The notes beneath the pieces are model-generated. The model saw nothing but the letters and a program-made list of their open reading frames with translations. It was not told where the DNA came from and made no database searches. From Anthoceros angustus (lineage: Eukaryota; Plantae; Anthocerotophyta), in assembly GCA_010909165.1 (NCBI GenBank), contig VJWM01000108.1, positions 868,001 through 932,000 on the forward strand: DNA of 64,000 nt, read 5' to 3'. Below are positions 27,612-41,000 of this stretch, piece after piece. Numbering within the stretch: position 1 is the first letter of the stretch; every line of letters starts with the position of its first letter. Position numbers and translations under genes: made by a program.

Positions 27612-27907
27612 TTACTCTCGATAAATTGAAGCAATCTCTTGAACAACTCTACATTGCAAGGAATATATCTCGTGTGCCTTTTGAAGAAAGCCAAACTCAG
27701 CCTCCGTATAGTCTAATAAGGGCTGAACAAGGCATGGTTGAGCTCGTCAATGAAAGAGGAAACCTAATCCTTTCATCCCCACCTCCACAACTATGTACCC
27801 TTTCATAGGCTTCTTGCTTTCTTTTCCATTGCTATCCTCATCACATGCATTACTTCTAAGACCCAGAACGGCTTTAGAAAGTTCATGGAGCTTTGTTTTG
27901 ATTTCAT
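27612..27907 (-). CDS. SAUR: SAUR copy 8 (frameshifted as written)
   Basis: Near-identical to the consensus; ATG at 27907, TAA at 27612. Confidence 0.8.
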
Positions 27908-30534
27908 TTTGAACTATCAATTTGGTTGCCGCAAGAACAAGTGCTATTTTTTTGCAAGAATCAGATACTCACTTTATATGATATATCGTCTTTTCCTACC
28001 ATGATATACATATATATAGCATATTATCTCAAGTGAGGAATCACTCTTTATGGTAGTCTTTCATACTAAGACATGCATGTATAGCATACTATCTTAGAAG
28101 TGTAACTACTTTTTATGATAGTCTTTTCCACCAAGACATACATATATAGCATACAAATATCTCCTTGGATCTTGACCTCACGTGATCTACCAAAATAGAA
28201 GGAAAATAAAATAAGAAATAAATAATGTTAATTCTAGAATTTAAAGGATACCTTATGAATTGGGCCTTAATATGTCAAATATTTCAGCACTCTCACCCAC
28301 TATTTCACCACTCTCACTCACTATGAAGTAGGGATGAAAATTAGCTACCTAAAGAGCCAAACGATGAGCCTAACTCCCACTAAGCGAAACTAGGTGCTTA
28401 AGAACATACTCCAACCTTAAGTTCATAAAGAAATGAATTAAGCTAGAGGAAAACATTTCCAAAAATATGTTTTTAAATACAAGGAAAACATGAATACGGA
28501 AATGCCTAGATAGCTCAATATGAGTATCCCGGAATATCAATTGCTTAAAATAAGCGGAATAATGTCGGATGGCCCATCTACCAACCGAAAGCAGTGCATA
28601 GGGAAACTGTTGCAATCCATCTATGATAGGTGTTGGCTGGCTGATGCAAGCGTGGCCATGGCGCCTTGCAAATCGACCACGAGAGCACCTATATTGCGAG
28701 GGAGGCTCTCGGTACTCTACACACCTCGGCGGTGGCGGCAATGGCGGCCTCCCTCCACCCACCTTGCACTCCGTGTAGCCTTGATATTACAAATATAGTA
28801 TTTTTAGCACCATAGGCACTTACGGAAAACGTGCTTGGTATGCCTCGAAACGCTTCACATGGGACACATGCAATTCTCATCACATGGATACCACCTCTTC
28901 ACACACGTAGCAACTGGGACGATGGCATTCTTGTCACCTACTCCTAGGGTAATTACATAAACCTTCTTTCATAATCACCCGGTGGGAGCAGGCCGGGGTT
29001 GTAGAACCCCAAATTGTTTCCAATAGGCTTGGCGGTCACCACCTTCTCACACGTAGGCCAAGGTGTGTTTCTGATATCGGCTACACAAAACGATCATACA
29101 TCGTTAGGCACATGCTTTTCAACCACATTAGAGAAAGAAGATAATCGCCTTAATACACTCAAGGAAATCAAATCGCCTATGTTACCTTTTTCTTTTTATC
29201 ACCATTTTCTCCAACAATATTACCAAGCCCACATTCCACATCATGTCATTAGATAAGGTCGACCCTTCGTGGACACGCCACCGACCGAACCATTCATCGA
29301 CTATCCGGTTTTGCCTCATAGCCGGATAGATCGAGCGTCATGCATATCGATCCAACAACTTTTGTGTGCGGCGGTGTGCAAAAAGACATGAACTCGATAT
29401 AGGCATCTTCACGAAGTGGCAACACTGGTGACCAAGGGCACGGCCGCAAGGTGTGAGGCGCGCCTTCAGTTCGAGCGTGCGTCGATGCACACTTGCAGGC
29501 ACGCTCTCAAGCATGTAGGCACGCCCTCAAGGATGCACGCGCGTCCACACACAGATGCATGTGCGCCTTTTCACATTGAGTTTGGCTGCCGTTTCTTCAT
29601 GCCATTCCATGGTTGCAGCATCTCTGGACAGGATTGCCTTTTGGACAGCAAGCCCTACACACGACATCAACAGGCAGCAACATCTCTGGATAGCAGCAAC
29701 ATTTTGGCGTCAGAAGCTTTGACCGAGGCACTCAAGCACGAGGAAAGCTCATAAGTTCATAAGTTCATTGTGCTTATCTCGCTTCTTTGGTCGCTCGCTT
29801 TGAAAAGGATCTAGAAGCTCTTACCACGCCGGTGACTTGTGGAGTGAAGCGGGATCTTGATTGGCCTTCTGGCGATTCCGTTGATCGGATAATGAGGATC
29901 GGAGTGGCGGCACGTAGGAAATCGTTGAGCTTTGCCCTCGCGGTCAGGAGTAGATGAGTCCGAGCAGGCGGTGGTGTTATTGAGATCCTCCCTCGGATCA
30001 CACATTAGCGTGGACCGCGTCAAAGTCTTGGGTTTTAGCATCTTGCAATATGTGTCATTGATGATACAGGATGTACCCTCTACACTAGTACAAAAATCAT
30101 GGCTCAAAACCATGAAGAGAATCAGGACTTGCTCAAAGGATCTTATGCATTGATTATAATAATAGAAAGTACATAATATTTGTGTGAAGTAGGTGTGTTA
30201 TAGGTTGTTGTAACCAAATAACCAATTAAGTAACTAATTAAATTACTTCTAGTCCTAAAAATTAAATAATTTTAATTTCTAAAATATCAATATCATTCAA
30301 CACCAACTGCAGACTTGGTATACTAAACAATGTGGCGGTCGGCCGTCTGCGATTTTCAGCATTCTCCCATCATTACGTGAGCCAACTACTAGGGACTACA
30401 ACATTATGAAATAGGAATCTACTCAATAATTTTTTTGTCATCGGGTTCAGCTCCGACACTTGTGACATAAAGCCAACTTCCGTGTGCAATGATAATGAAG
30501 AATGCTTTGATAGGTTGAAGTTGGTATGGGTGGC

Positions 30535-30830
30535 TTACTCCGATAAATTGAAGCAATCTCTTGAACAACTCTACATTGCAAGGAATATATCTCGTTGCCT
30601 TTTGAAGAAAGCCAAACTCAGCCTCCGATAGTCTAATAAGGGCTGAACAAGGCATGGTTGAGCTCGTCCAATGAAAGAGGAAACCTAATCCTTTCATCCC
30701 CACCTCCACAACTATGTACCCTTTCATAGGCTTCTTGCTTTCTTTTCCATTGCTATCCTCATCACATGCATTACTTCTAAGACCCAAAGAACGGCTTTAG
30801 AAAGTTCATGGAGCTTTGTTTTGATTTCAT
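30535..30830 (-). CDS. SAUR: SAUR copy 9 (frameshifted as written)
   Basis: ORF 30419-30787 shows ALIRLSEAEFGFLQKATRYIPCNVELFKRLLQFI. Confidence 0.82.
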
Positions 30831-32494
30831 TTTGAACTATCAATTTGGTTCTTTGCAAGAACAAGTGCTATTTTTTTGCAAGAATCAGATACTCACTTTA
30901 TATGATATATCGTCTTTTCCTACCATGATATACATATATATAGCATATTATCTCAAGTGAGGAATCACTCTTTATGGTAGTCTTTCATACTAAGACATGC
31001 ATGTATAGCATACTATCTTAGAAGTGTAACTACTTTTTATGATAGTCTTTTCCACCAAGACATACATATATAGCATACAAATATCTCCTTGGATCTTGAC
31101 CTCACGTGATCTACCAAAATAGAAGGAAAATAAAATAAGAAATAAATAATGTTAATTCTAGAATTTAAAGGATACCTTATGAATTGGGCCTTAATATGTC
31201 AAATATTTCAGCACTCTCACCCACTATTTCACCACTCTCACTCACTATGAAGTAGGGATGAAAATTAGCTACCTAAAGAGCCAAGCAGAGCCTAACTCCC
31301 ACTAAACAGAAACTAGGTGCTTAAGAACATACTCCAACCTTAAGTTCATAAAGAAATGAATTAAGCTAGAGGAAAACATTTCCAAAAATATGTTTTTAAA
31401 TACAAGGAAAACATGAATACGGAAATGCCTAGATAGCTCAATATGAGTATCCCGGAATATCAATTGCTTAAAATAAACGGAATAATGTCGGATGGCCCAT
31501 CTACCAACCGAAAACGGGTGCATAGGGAAACTGTTGCAATCCATCTATGATAGGTGTTGGCTGGCTGATGCAAGCGTGGCCATGGCGCCTTGCAAATCGA
31601 CCACGAGAGCACCTATATTGCGAGGCACGGCGGCTCTCGGTACTCTACACACCTCGGCGCGGTGGCGGCAATGGCGGCCTCCCTCCACCCACCTTGCACT
31701 CCGTGTAGCCTTGATATTACAAATATAGTATTTTTAGCACCATAGGCACTTACGGAAAACGTGCTTGGTATGCCCTCAAACGCTTCACATGGGACACATG
31801 CAATTCTCATCACATGGATACCAAATTTCTTCACACACGTAGTAACTGGGACGATGGCATTCTTGTCACCTACTCCTAGGGTAATTACATAAACCTTCTT
31901 TCATAATCACCCGGTGGGAGCAGGCGGTGGTGTTATTGAGATCCTCCCTCGGATCACACATTAGCGTGGACCGCGTCAAAGTCTTGGGTTTTAGCATCTT
32001 GCAATATGTGTCATTGATGATGATACAGGATGTACCCTCTACACTAGTACAAAAATCATGGCTCAAAACCATGAAGAGAATCAGGACTTGCTCAAAGGAT
32101 CTTATGCATTGATTATAATAATAGAAAGTACATAATATTTGTGTGAAGTAGGTGTGTTATAGGTTGTTGTAACCAAAATAACCAATTAAGTAACTAATTA
32201 AATTACTTCTAGTCCTAAAAATTAAATAATTTTAATTTCTAAAATATCAATATCATTCAACACCAACTGCAGACTTGGTATACTAAACAATGTGGCGGTC
32301 GGCCGTCTGCGATTTTCAGCATTCTCCCATCATTACGTGAGCCAACTACTAGGGACTACAACATTATGAAATAGGAATCTACTCAATAATTTTTTTGTCA
32401 TCGGGTTCAGCTCCGACACTTGTGACATAAAGCCAACTTCCGTGTGCAATGATAATGAAGAATGCTTTGATAGGTTGAAGTTGGTATGGGTGGC

Positions 32495-32790
32495 TTACTC
32501 CGATAAATTGAAGCAATCTCTTGAACAACTCTACATTGCAAGGAATATATCTAGTTGCCTTTTGAAGAAAGCCAAACTCAGCCTCCGATAGTCTAATAAG
32601 GGCTGAACAAGGCATGGTTGAGCTCGTCCAATGAAAGAGGAAACCTAATCCTTTCATCCCCACCTCCACAACTATGTACCCTTTCATAGGCTTCTTGCTT
32701 TCTTTTCCATTGCTATCCTCATCACATGCATTACTTCTAAGACCCAAAGAACGGCTTTAGAAAGTTCATGGAGCTTTGTTTTGATTTCAT
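32495..32790 (-). CDS. SAUR: SAUR copy 10 (near-exact repeat of copy 9)
   Basis: ORF 32379-32747 has the same translation as 30419-30787, offset 1960 bp. Confidence 0.8.
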
Positions 32791-35418
32791 TTTGAACTAT
32801 CAATTTGGTTCTTTGCAAGAACAAGTGCTATTTTTTTGCAAGAACTGTATACTCACTTTATATGATATATCGTCTTTTCCTACCATGATATACATATATA
32901 GCATATTATCTCAAGTGAGGAATCACTCTTTATGGTAGTCTTTCATACTAAGACATGCATGTATAGCATACTATCTTAGAAGTGTAACTACTTTTTATGA
33001 TAGTCTTTTCCACCAAGACATACATATATAGCATACAAATATCTCCTTGGATCTTGACCTCACGTGATCTACCAAAATAGAAGGAAAATAAAATAAGAAA
33101 TAAATAATGTTAATTCTAGAATTTAAAGGATACCTTATGAATTGGGCCTTAATATGTCAAATATTTCAGCACTCTCACCCACTATTTCACCACTCTCACT
33201 CACTATGAAGTAGGGATGAAAATTAGCTACCTAAAGAGCCAAGCAGCCTAACTCCCACTAAACAGAAACTAGGTGCTTAAGAACATACTCCAACCTTAAG
33301 TTCATAAAGAAATGAATTAAGCTAGAGGAAAACATTTCCAAAAATATGTTTTTAAATACAAGGAAAACATGAATACGGAAATGCCTAGATAGCTCAATAT
33401 GAGTATCCCGGAATATCAATTGCTTAAAATAAGCGGAATAATGTCGGATGGCCCATCTACCAACCGAAAACGGGTGCATAGGGAAACTGTTGCAATCCAT
33501 CTATGATAGGTGTTGGCTGGCTGATGCAAGCGTGGCCATGGCGCCTTGCAAATCGACCACGAGAGCACCTATATTGCGAGGCACGGCGGCTCTCGGTACT
33601 CTACACACCTCGGCGCGGTGGCGGCAATGGCGGCCTCCCTCCACCCACCTTGCACTCAGTAGCCTTGATATTACAAATATAGTATTTTTAGCACCATAGG
33701 CACTTACGGAAAACGTGCTTGGTATGCCCTCAAACGCTTCACATGGGACACATGCAATTCTCATCACATGGATACCAAATTTCTTCACACACGTAGTAAC
33801 TGGGACGATGGCATTCTTGTCACCTACTCCTAGGGTAATTACATAAACCTTCTTTTCATAATCACCCGGTGGGAGCAGCCGTGGTTGTAGAACCCCAAAT
33901 TGTTTCCAATAGGCTTGGCGGTCACCACCTTCTCACACGTAGGCCAAGGTGTGTTTACGAGCATCGCCTACACAAAACGATCATACATCAAAGTTAGGCA
34001 CATGCTTTTCAACCACATTAGAGAAAGAAGATAATCGCCTTAATACACTCAAGGGAAATCAAATCGCCTATGTTACCTTTTTCTTTTTATCACCATTTTC
34101 TCCAACAATATTACCAAGCCCACACATTCCACATCATGTCATTAGATAAGGTCGGACCCTTCGTGGACACGCCACCGACCGAACCATTCATCGACTATCC
34201 GCTTTGCCTCATAGCCGATGAATCGAACGTCATGCATATCGATCCAACAACTTTTGTGCGCGGTGTGCAAAAAAGACATGAACTCGATATAGGCATCTTC
34301 ACGAAAGTGGCAACACTGGTGACCAAGGGGCACGGCCGCAAGGTGTGAGGCGCGCCGGTTCCAGCGTGCGTCGATGCACACTTGCGTGCACGCCTCAAGC
34401 ATGTAGGCACGCCTCAAGGATGCACGCGTCCACACACGTATGCATGTGCGCCTTTTCACATTGAGTTTGGCTGCCGCTTTCTTCATGCCATTCCATGGTT
34501 GCGATCTCCGACAGATTGCCTTTTGGATGAAGCCCTACACACGACATCAACAGCGAACATCTCCGGATAGCGGCAACATTTTGGCGTCAGAGCTTTGACC
34601 CACGGAGGCACTCAAGCACGAGGAAAAGCAGCTCATAAGTTCATTGTGCTTATCTCGCTTCTTTGGTCGCCTCCGCTTTGAAAAGGATCTAGAAGCTCTT
34701 ACCACGCCGAGTGACTTGTGGAGTGAAGCGGGATCTTGATTGACGCCACGCGATTCCGCTGATCGGATAATGAGGATCGGAGTGGCGTGCACGAGGGAAA
34801 TCGTTGAGCTTTGCCTCGCGACCCCGAGTAGATGAGTCCGAGCAGGCGGTGGTGTTATTGAGATCCTCCTCGATCACACATTAGCGTGGACCGCACAAAG
34901 TCTTGGGTTTTAGCATCTTGCAATATGTGTCATTGATGATACATGTGATGTACCCTCTACACTAGTACAAAAATCATGGCTCAAAACCATGAAGAGAATC
35001 AAGGACTTGCTCAAAGGATCTTATGCATTGATTATAATAATAGAAAGTACATAATATTTGTGTGAAGTAGGTGTGTTATAGGTTGTTGTAACCAAAATAA
35101 CCAATTAAGTAACTAATTAAATTACTTCTAGTCCTAAAAATTAAATAATTTTAATTTCTAAAAATATCAATATCATTCAACACCAAATCTGCAGACTTGG
35201 TATACTAAACAATGTGGCGGTCCGTGCTCATGATTTTCGAGCATTCTCCCATCATTACGTGAGCCAACTACTAGGGACTACAACATTATGAAATAGGAAT
35301 CTACTCAATAATTTTTTTTTGTCATCGGGTTCAGCTCCGACACTTGTGACATAAAGCCAACTTCCGTGTGCAATGATAATGAAGAATGCTTTGATAGGTT
35401 GAAGTTGGTATGGGTGGC

Positions 35419-35711
35419 TTACTCGATAAATTGAAGCAATCTCTTGAACAACTCTACATTGCAAGGAATATATCTGTGCCTTTTGAAGAAAGCCAAACTC
35501 AGCCTCCGTATAGTCTAATAAGGGCTGAACAAGGCATGGTTGAGCTCGTCAATGAAAGAGGAAACCTAATCCTTTCATCCCCACCTCCACAACTATGTAC
35601 CCTTTCATAGGCTTCTTGCTTTCTTTTCCATTGCTATCCTCATCACATGCATTACTTCTAAGACCCAAAGAACGGCTTTAGAAAGTTCATGGAGCTTTGT
35701 TTTGATTTCAT
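35419..35711 (-). CDS. SAUR: SAUR copy 11 (frameshifted as written)
   Basis: Near-identical to the consensus; ATG at 35711, TAA at 35419. Confidence 0.8.
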
Positions 35712-37109
35712 TTTGAACTATCAATTTGCTGTCGCAAGAACAAGTGCTATTTTTTTGCAAGAATCGTATACTCACTTTATATGATATATCGCCTTTCCTA
35801 CCATGATATACATATATATAGCATATTATCTCAAGTGAGGAATCACTCTTTATGGTAGTCTTTCATACTAAGACATGCATGTATAGCATACTATCTTAGA
35901 AGTGTAACTACTTTTTATGATAGTCTTTTCCACCAAGACATACATATATAGCATACAAATATCTCCTTGGATCTTGACCTCACGTGATCTACCAAAATAG
36001 AAGGAAAATAAAATAAGAAATAAATAATGTTAATTCTAGAATTTAAAGGATACCTTATGAATTGGGCCTTAATATGTCAAATATTTCAGCACTCTCACCC
36101 ACTATTTCACCACTCTCACTCACTATGAAGTAGGGATGAAAATTAGCTACCTAAAGAGCCAAAGCAGAGCCTAACTCCCACTAAACAGAAACTAGGTGCT
36201 TAAGAACATACTCCAACCTTAAGTTCATAAAGAAATGAATTAAGCTAGAGGAAAACATTTCCAAAAATATGTTTTTAAATACAAGGAAAACATGAATACT
36301 GGAAATGCCTAGATAGCTCAATATGAGTATCCCGGAATATCAATTGCTTAAAATAAACGGAATAATGTCGGATGGCCCATCTACCAACCGAAAACGGTGC
36401 ATAGGTGTGGAGGAAGGTGATCTTGATTGACGCCACGCGATTCCGCTGATCGGATAATGAGGATCGGAGTGGCGGCACGAGGGAAATCGTTGAGCTTTGC
36501 CTCGCGACATCCGAGTAGATGAGTCCAACGGGCGGTGGTGTTATTGAGATCCTCCTCGGATCACACATTAGCGTGGACCGCACAAAGTCTTGGGTTTTAG
36601 CATCTTGCAATATGTGTCATTGATGATACATGGGATGTACCCTCTACACTAGTACAAAAATCATGGCTCAAAACCATGAAGAGAATCAAGGACTTGCTCA
36701 AAGGATCTTATGCATTGATTATAATAATAGAAAGTACATAATATTTGTGAAGTAGGTGTGTTATAGGTTGTTGTAACCAAAATAACCAATTAAGTAACTA
36801 ATTAAATTAAATTACTTCTAGTCCTAAAAATTAAATAATTTTAATTTCTAAAAATATCAATATCATTCAACACCAAATCTGCAGACTTGGTATACTAAAC
36901 AATGTGGCGGTCCGCCGTCTCATGATTTTCGAGCATTCTCCCATCATTACGTGAGCCAACTACTAGGGACTACAACATTATGAAATAGGAATCTACTCAA
37001 TAATTTTTTTTGTCATCGGGTTCAGCTCCGACACTTGTGACATAAAGCCAACTTCCGTGTGCAATGATAATGAAGAATGCTTTGATAGGTTGAAGTTGGT
37101 ATGGGTGGC

Positions 37110-37402
37110 TTACTCGATAAATTGAAGCAATCTCTTGAACAACTCTACATTGCAAGGAATATATCTGTGCCTTTTGAAGAAAGCCAAACTCAGCCTCCGT
37201 ATAGTCTAATAAGGGCTGAACAAGGCATGGTTGAGCTCGTCAATGAAAGAGGAAACCTAATCCTTTCATCCCCACCTCCACAACTATGTACCCTTTCATA
37301 GGCTTCTTGCTTTCTTTTCCATTGCTATCCTCATCACATGCATTACTTCTAAGACCCAAAGAACGGCTTTAGAAAGTTCATGGAGCTTTGTTTTGATTTC
37401 AT
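37110..37402 (-). CDS. SAUR: SAUR copy 12 (near-exact repeat of copy 11)
   Basis: Plus-strand shadow ORFs 35410-35610 and 37101-37301 are identical, offset 1691 bp. Confidence 0.8.
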
Positions 37403-38099
37403 TTTGAACTATCAATTTGCTGTCGCAAGAACAAGTGCTATTTTTTGCAAGAATCGTATACTCACTTTATATGATATATCGTCTTTTCCTACCATGATAT
37501 ACATATATATAGCATATTATCTCAAGTGAGGAATCACTCTTTATGGTAGTCTTTCATACTAAGACATGCATGTATAGCATACTATCTTAGAAGTGTAACT
37601 ACTTTTTATGATAGTCTTTTCCACCAAGACATACATATATAGCATACAAATATCTCCTTGGATCTTGACCTCACGTGATCTACCAAAATAGAAGGAAAAT
37701 AAAATAAGAAATAAATAATGTTAATTCTAGAATTTAAAGGATACCTTATGAATTGGGCCTTAATATGTCAAATATTTCAGCACTCTCACCCACTATTTCA
37801 CCACTCTCACTCACTATGAAGTAGGGATGAAAATTAGCTACCTAAAGAGCCAAACGACAGAGCCTAACTCCCACTAAACAGAAACTAGGTGCTTAAGAAC
37901 ATACTCCAACCTTAAGTTCATAAAGAAATGAATTAAGCTAGAGGAAAACATTTCCAAAAATATGTTTTTAAATACAAGGAAAACATGAATACTGGAAATG
38001 CCTAGATAGCTCAATATGAGTATCCCGGAATATCAATTGCTTAAAATAAACGGAATAATGTCGGATGGCCCATCTACCAACCGAAAACGGGTGCATAGG

Positions 38100-41000
38100 T
38101 GGGAGGAAAACCCGGGGCTTAGAGATTCACCTCTAGTGGCCACACTTATCCCACGCCGCTAAGTACAATAGGTTTCGTCCCATGAGACTCTTGTTTGTCG
38201 TCACCAAGATCCAAGGCACAAACCACACGCCTCTTCACACCCCAAGCTCCCTCACACACTGGAGCAACTTCAACTCACTCCATGATGCAGCCCACGCCTC
38301 ACCATGCCGCTCCGTCAATCACCGCTTCTAGACCTACAACGACACCCTACGACTATAGGTCCACACCCCACGGCAAGAGGTCGCGCCACGTAGGGACCCC
38401 TACGCTGCAACGCGACTTCACCACCCGTGATCGTCCACTATTCCTTTCCCATCGCCTTCCCACAATTGGCACACCTCAACCACCAACTCGACGCGCCACT
38501 CCCGCACCGCCTCCGCCGAATCACCACTCCTGGACCTACAACGACATCCCATCAGAGGTCCCACGGCGGTAGGTCCACCGCTCACGCATAGGGACCCCTA
38601 CGTTGCAGCGACTTCACCACCCGTGATCTTCCACTATTCCTTTCCCATCGCCTTCCCACAATTGGCACCTCAACCACCAACTCGGCGGCGCCACTCCCGC
38701 CTTTGCTCGTGAATCACCACTCCTGGACCTACAGCGACATCCTACGATCGTGGGTCCCGCCCTATGGTAGGTCCACCGTCTCGCACATAGGGACCCCCTC
38801 GGTAGCGCGACTTCTCCACCCGTGATTTTGAGACCTTAGCCCGGCTTCCGGTCTCGGTTTGGTGCATTTGGGACCCTCCCTTAGGCTCGACTTGGGCCTT
38901 CTTCTTACTCCTAATCTCTACCTACTCCTCTACTCAACATTCAGCTCCACATTCTCCTCAACACTCACCTCAACTCAACTCCTCATCCTCCTAATCTAAC
39001 CTTACTTCAAGCTCACTGGCCCTAGCTCGCCCTTACGGCACAACTGCCTGGGGTCTGCCTACAAGCCAACAAGTTCTTCCTTGGGCAGGTTGCTATGAGT
39101 TTGCACCAGACAGCGAGAACCTCCAGGGAGTCTTTCCCTGTAGTCTACCCTCAAGCCGAGAGTTCCTTGGGCATCGCCACACACCCAAGCAAAGCAATTT
39201 CACAAAGAACCATTCACAAGGAGCAACTGCAGAGGCGCCGCAAGGAGCGAGCCCTCCGCCAAGCACTCCGACCACCGCAAACTCCCTCTCTACCAGACAC
39301 GTTAGCTTGCACTGCACGAAATTCCTTCACAAGGAGCAAAGGACTCATGAGTTTGGGAGCGCAAGACGATAATTTTACTTCACAAGCTCCTCCTTTTATA
39401 GGGAGGTCCTCACACAGCCTCCTCGGCGCGCCCTCCGCACCGCCACTCCTTATTTTAGTGTATCCTACCGCCGATTTTAAGTTCGACATCCAAGCATCTT
39501 GGGTAAAATTCTATTCTAGCAAATTCACCTATGTGAGCCTTAATGGCTCTCACAACATTCCTATCTAGCTAGTCAACACACCTCAACCACCAACTGCAGC
39601 CGCGCCACTCCCTACACTACCGCCTCCGAATCACCACTCGGACCTACAACGACATCCTACGGACGTAGGGTCACCTCACCACTCCCTACGGTAGGTCCAC
39701 CGCTCACGCATAGGGACCCCTACGCTGCAACGCGACTTCTCCACCCGTGATTTTGAGACCTTAGCCCGGCTTCGGTCTCGGTTTGGTGCATTTGGGACCC
39801 TCCCTTAGGCTCGACTTGGGCCTTCTTCTTACTCCTAATCTCTACCTACTCCTCTACTCAACATTCAGCTCCACATTCTCCTCAACACACTCACCTCAAC
39901 TCAACTCCTCATCCTCCTAATCTAACCTTACTTCAAGCTCCGCCCTAGCTCGCCCTTACGACAACCGCCTGGGTCCGCCTACAAGCCAGCAAGTTCTTCC
40001 TTGGGCAGGTTGCTATGAGTTTGCACCAGACAGTGAGAACCTCCAGGGAGTCTTTCCCTGTAGTCTACCCTCAAGCCGAGAGTTCCTTGGGCATCGCCAC
40101 ACACCCAAGCAAAGCAATTTCACAAAGAACCATTCACAAGGAGCAACTGCAGAGGCGCCCGCAAGGAGCGAGCCTCCGCCAAGCACTCCGACCACCGCAA
40201 ACTCCCTCTCTACCAGACACGCTTGCACTGCACGAAATTCCTTCACAAGGAGCAAAGGACTCATGAGTTTGGGAGCGCAAGACGATAATTTTACTTCACA
40301 AGCTCCTCCTTTTATAGGGAGGTCCTCACATACAGCGCGCCCTCCGCACCGCCTCACTCCTTATTTTAGTGTATCCTACCGCCGATTTTAAGTTCGACAT
40401 CCAAGCATCTTGGGTAAAATTCTATTCTAGCAACCTCACCTACGTGAGCCTTAATGGCTCCTGTCAACATTCCTATCTAGCTAGTCAACACACCCTACTA
40501 GGTTGACAAGCATTAATGCTTGTCCTCCTCTAAAGAAAAGTCTCCTCCCAAGCAATGAGCCCACACTCCAAGCTACCACCAACCCCTTCAATTACCTCTA
40601 GATGCCGTCACACCGCCTGGTGATCCTACGGATGTAGGGCCACCCTCTACACCTCCTACGGACGTAGGGTCACTTCTTATGGCCCTACCGCCTCCACGCT
40701 CTCCACTGCAAGAAGGTCTCCCGTGAGCGGATCTTGCTCCATGCCTTCCTCTTCCTCCTCCGAGTCATCCTCACGGCCTTCCATACACCTGTCGGATGTG
40801 TTGGGCTGTCCAAGACCGATCGGGCCCTTGCATCCCTATCCTCCGCCTCAAGTTCCTCTTCTCCGGCTCCCTAGCAACCAACTTGCCCTTCTTAGGTGCG
40901 CGCTTTCACCATCTTGTACCTTCAAAATAATCGCACAAACAAGACAAGCTTGGGCACGCCCACGTGCTCGTTTCCACCTAGTTGTCACCTCAGTTTCTAC

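Larger units (their letters stand above)
1721..38099. repeat. Head-to-tail tandem array of a ~2.9-kb SAUR-containing unit, with internal sub-duplications and deletions
   Basis: The marker aaagccaaactc recurs at ~1744, 4674, 7580, 12213, 15143, 18060, 24658, 27687, 30608, 32568, 35489 and 37180. Undisturbed spacings are about 2906-2930 bp. AT-rich blocks are near-identical between units. Confidence 0.97.

Noticed and set aside
1721-38099. Helitron origin of the tandem array
   Set aside because: No 3' hairpin plus CTRR end and no Rep/helicase motifs found by eye.
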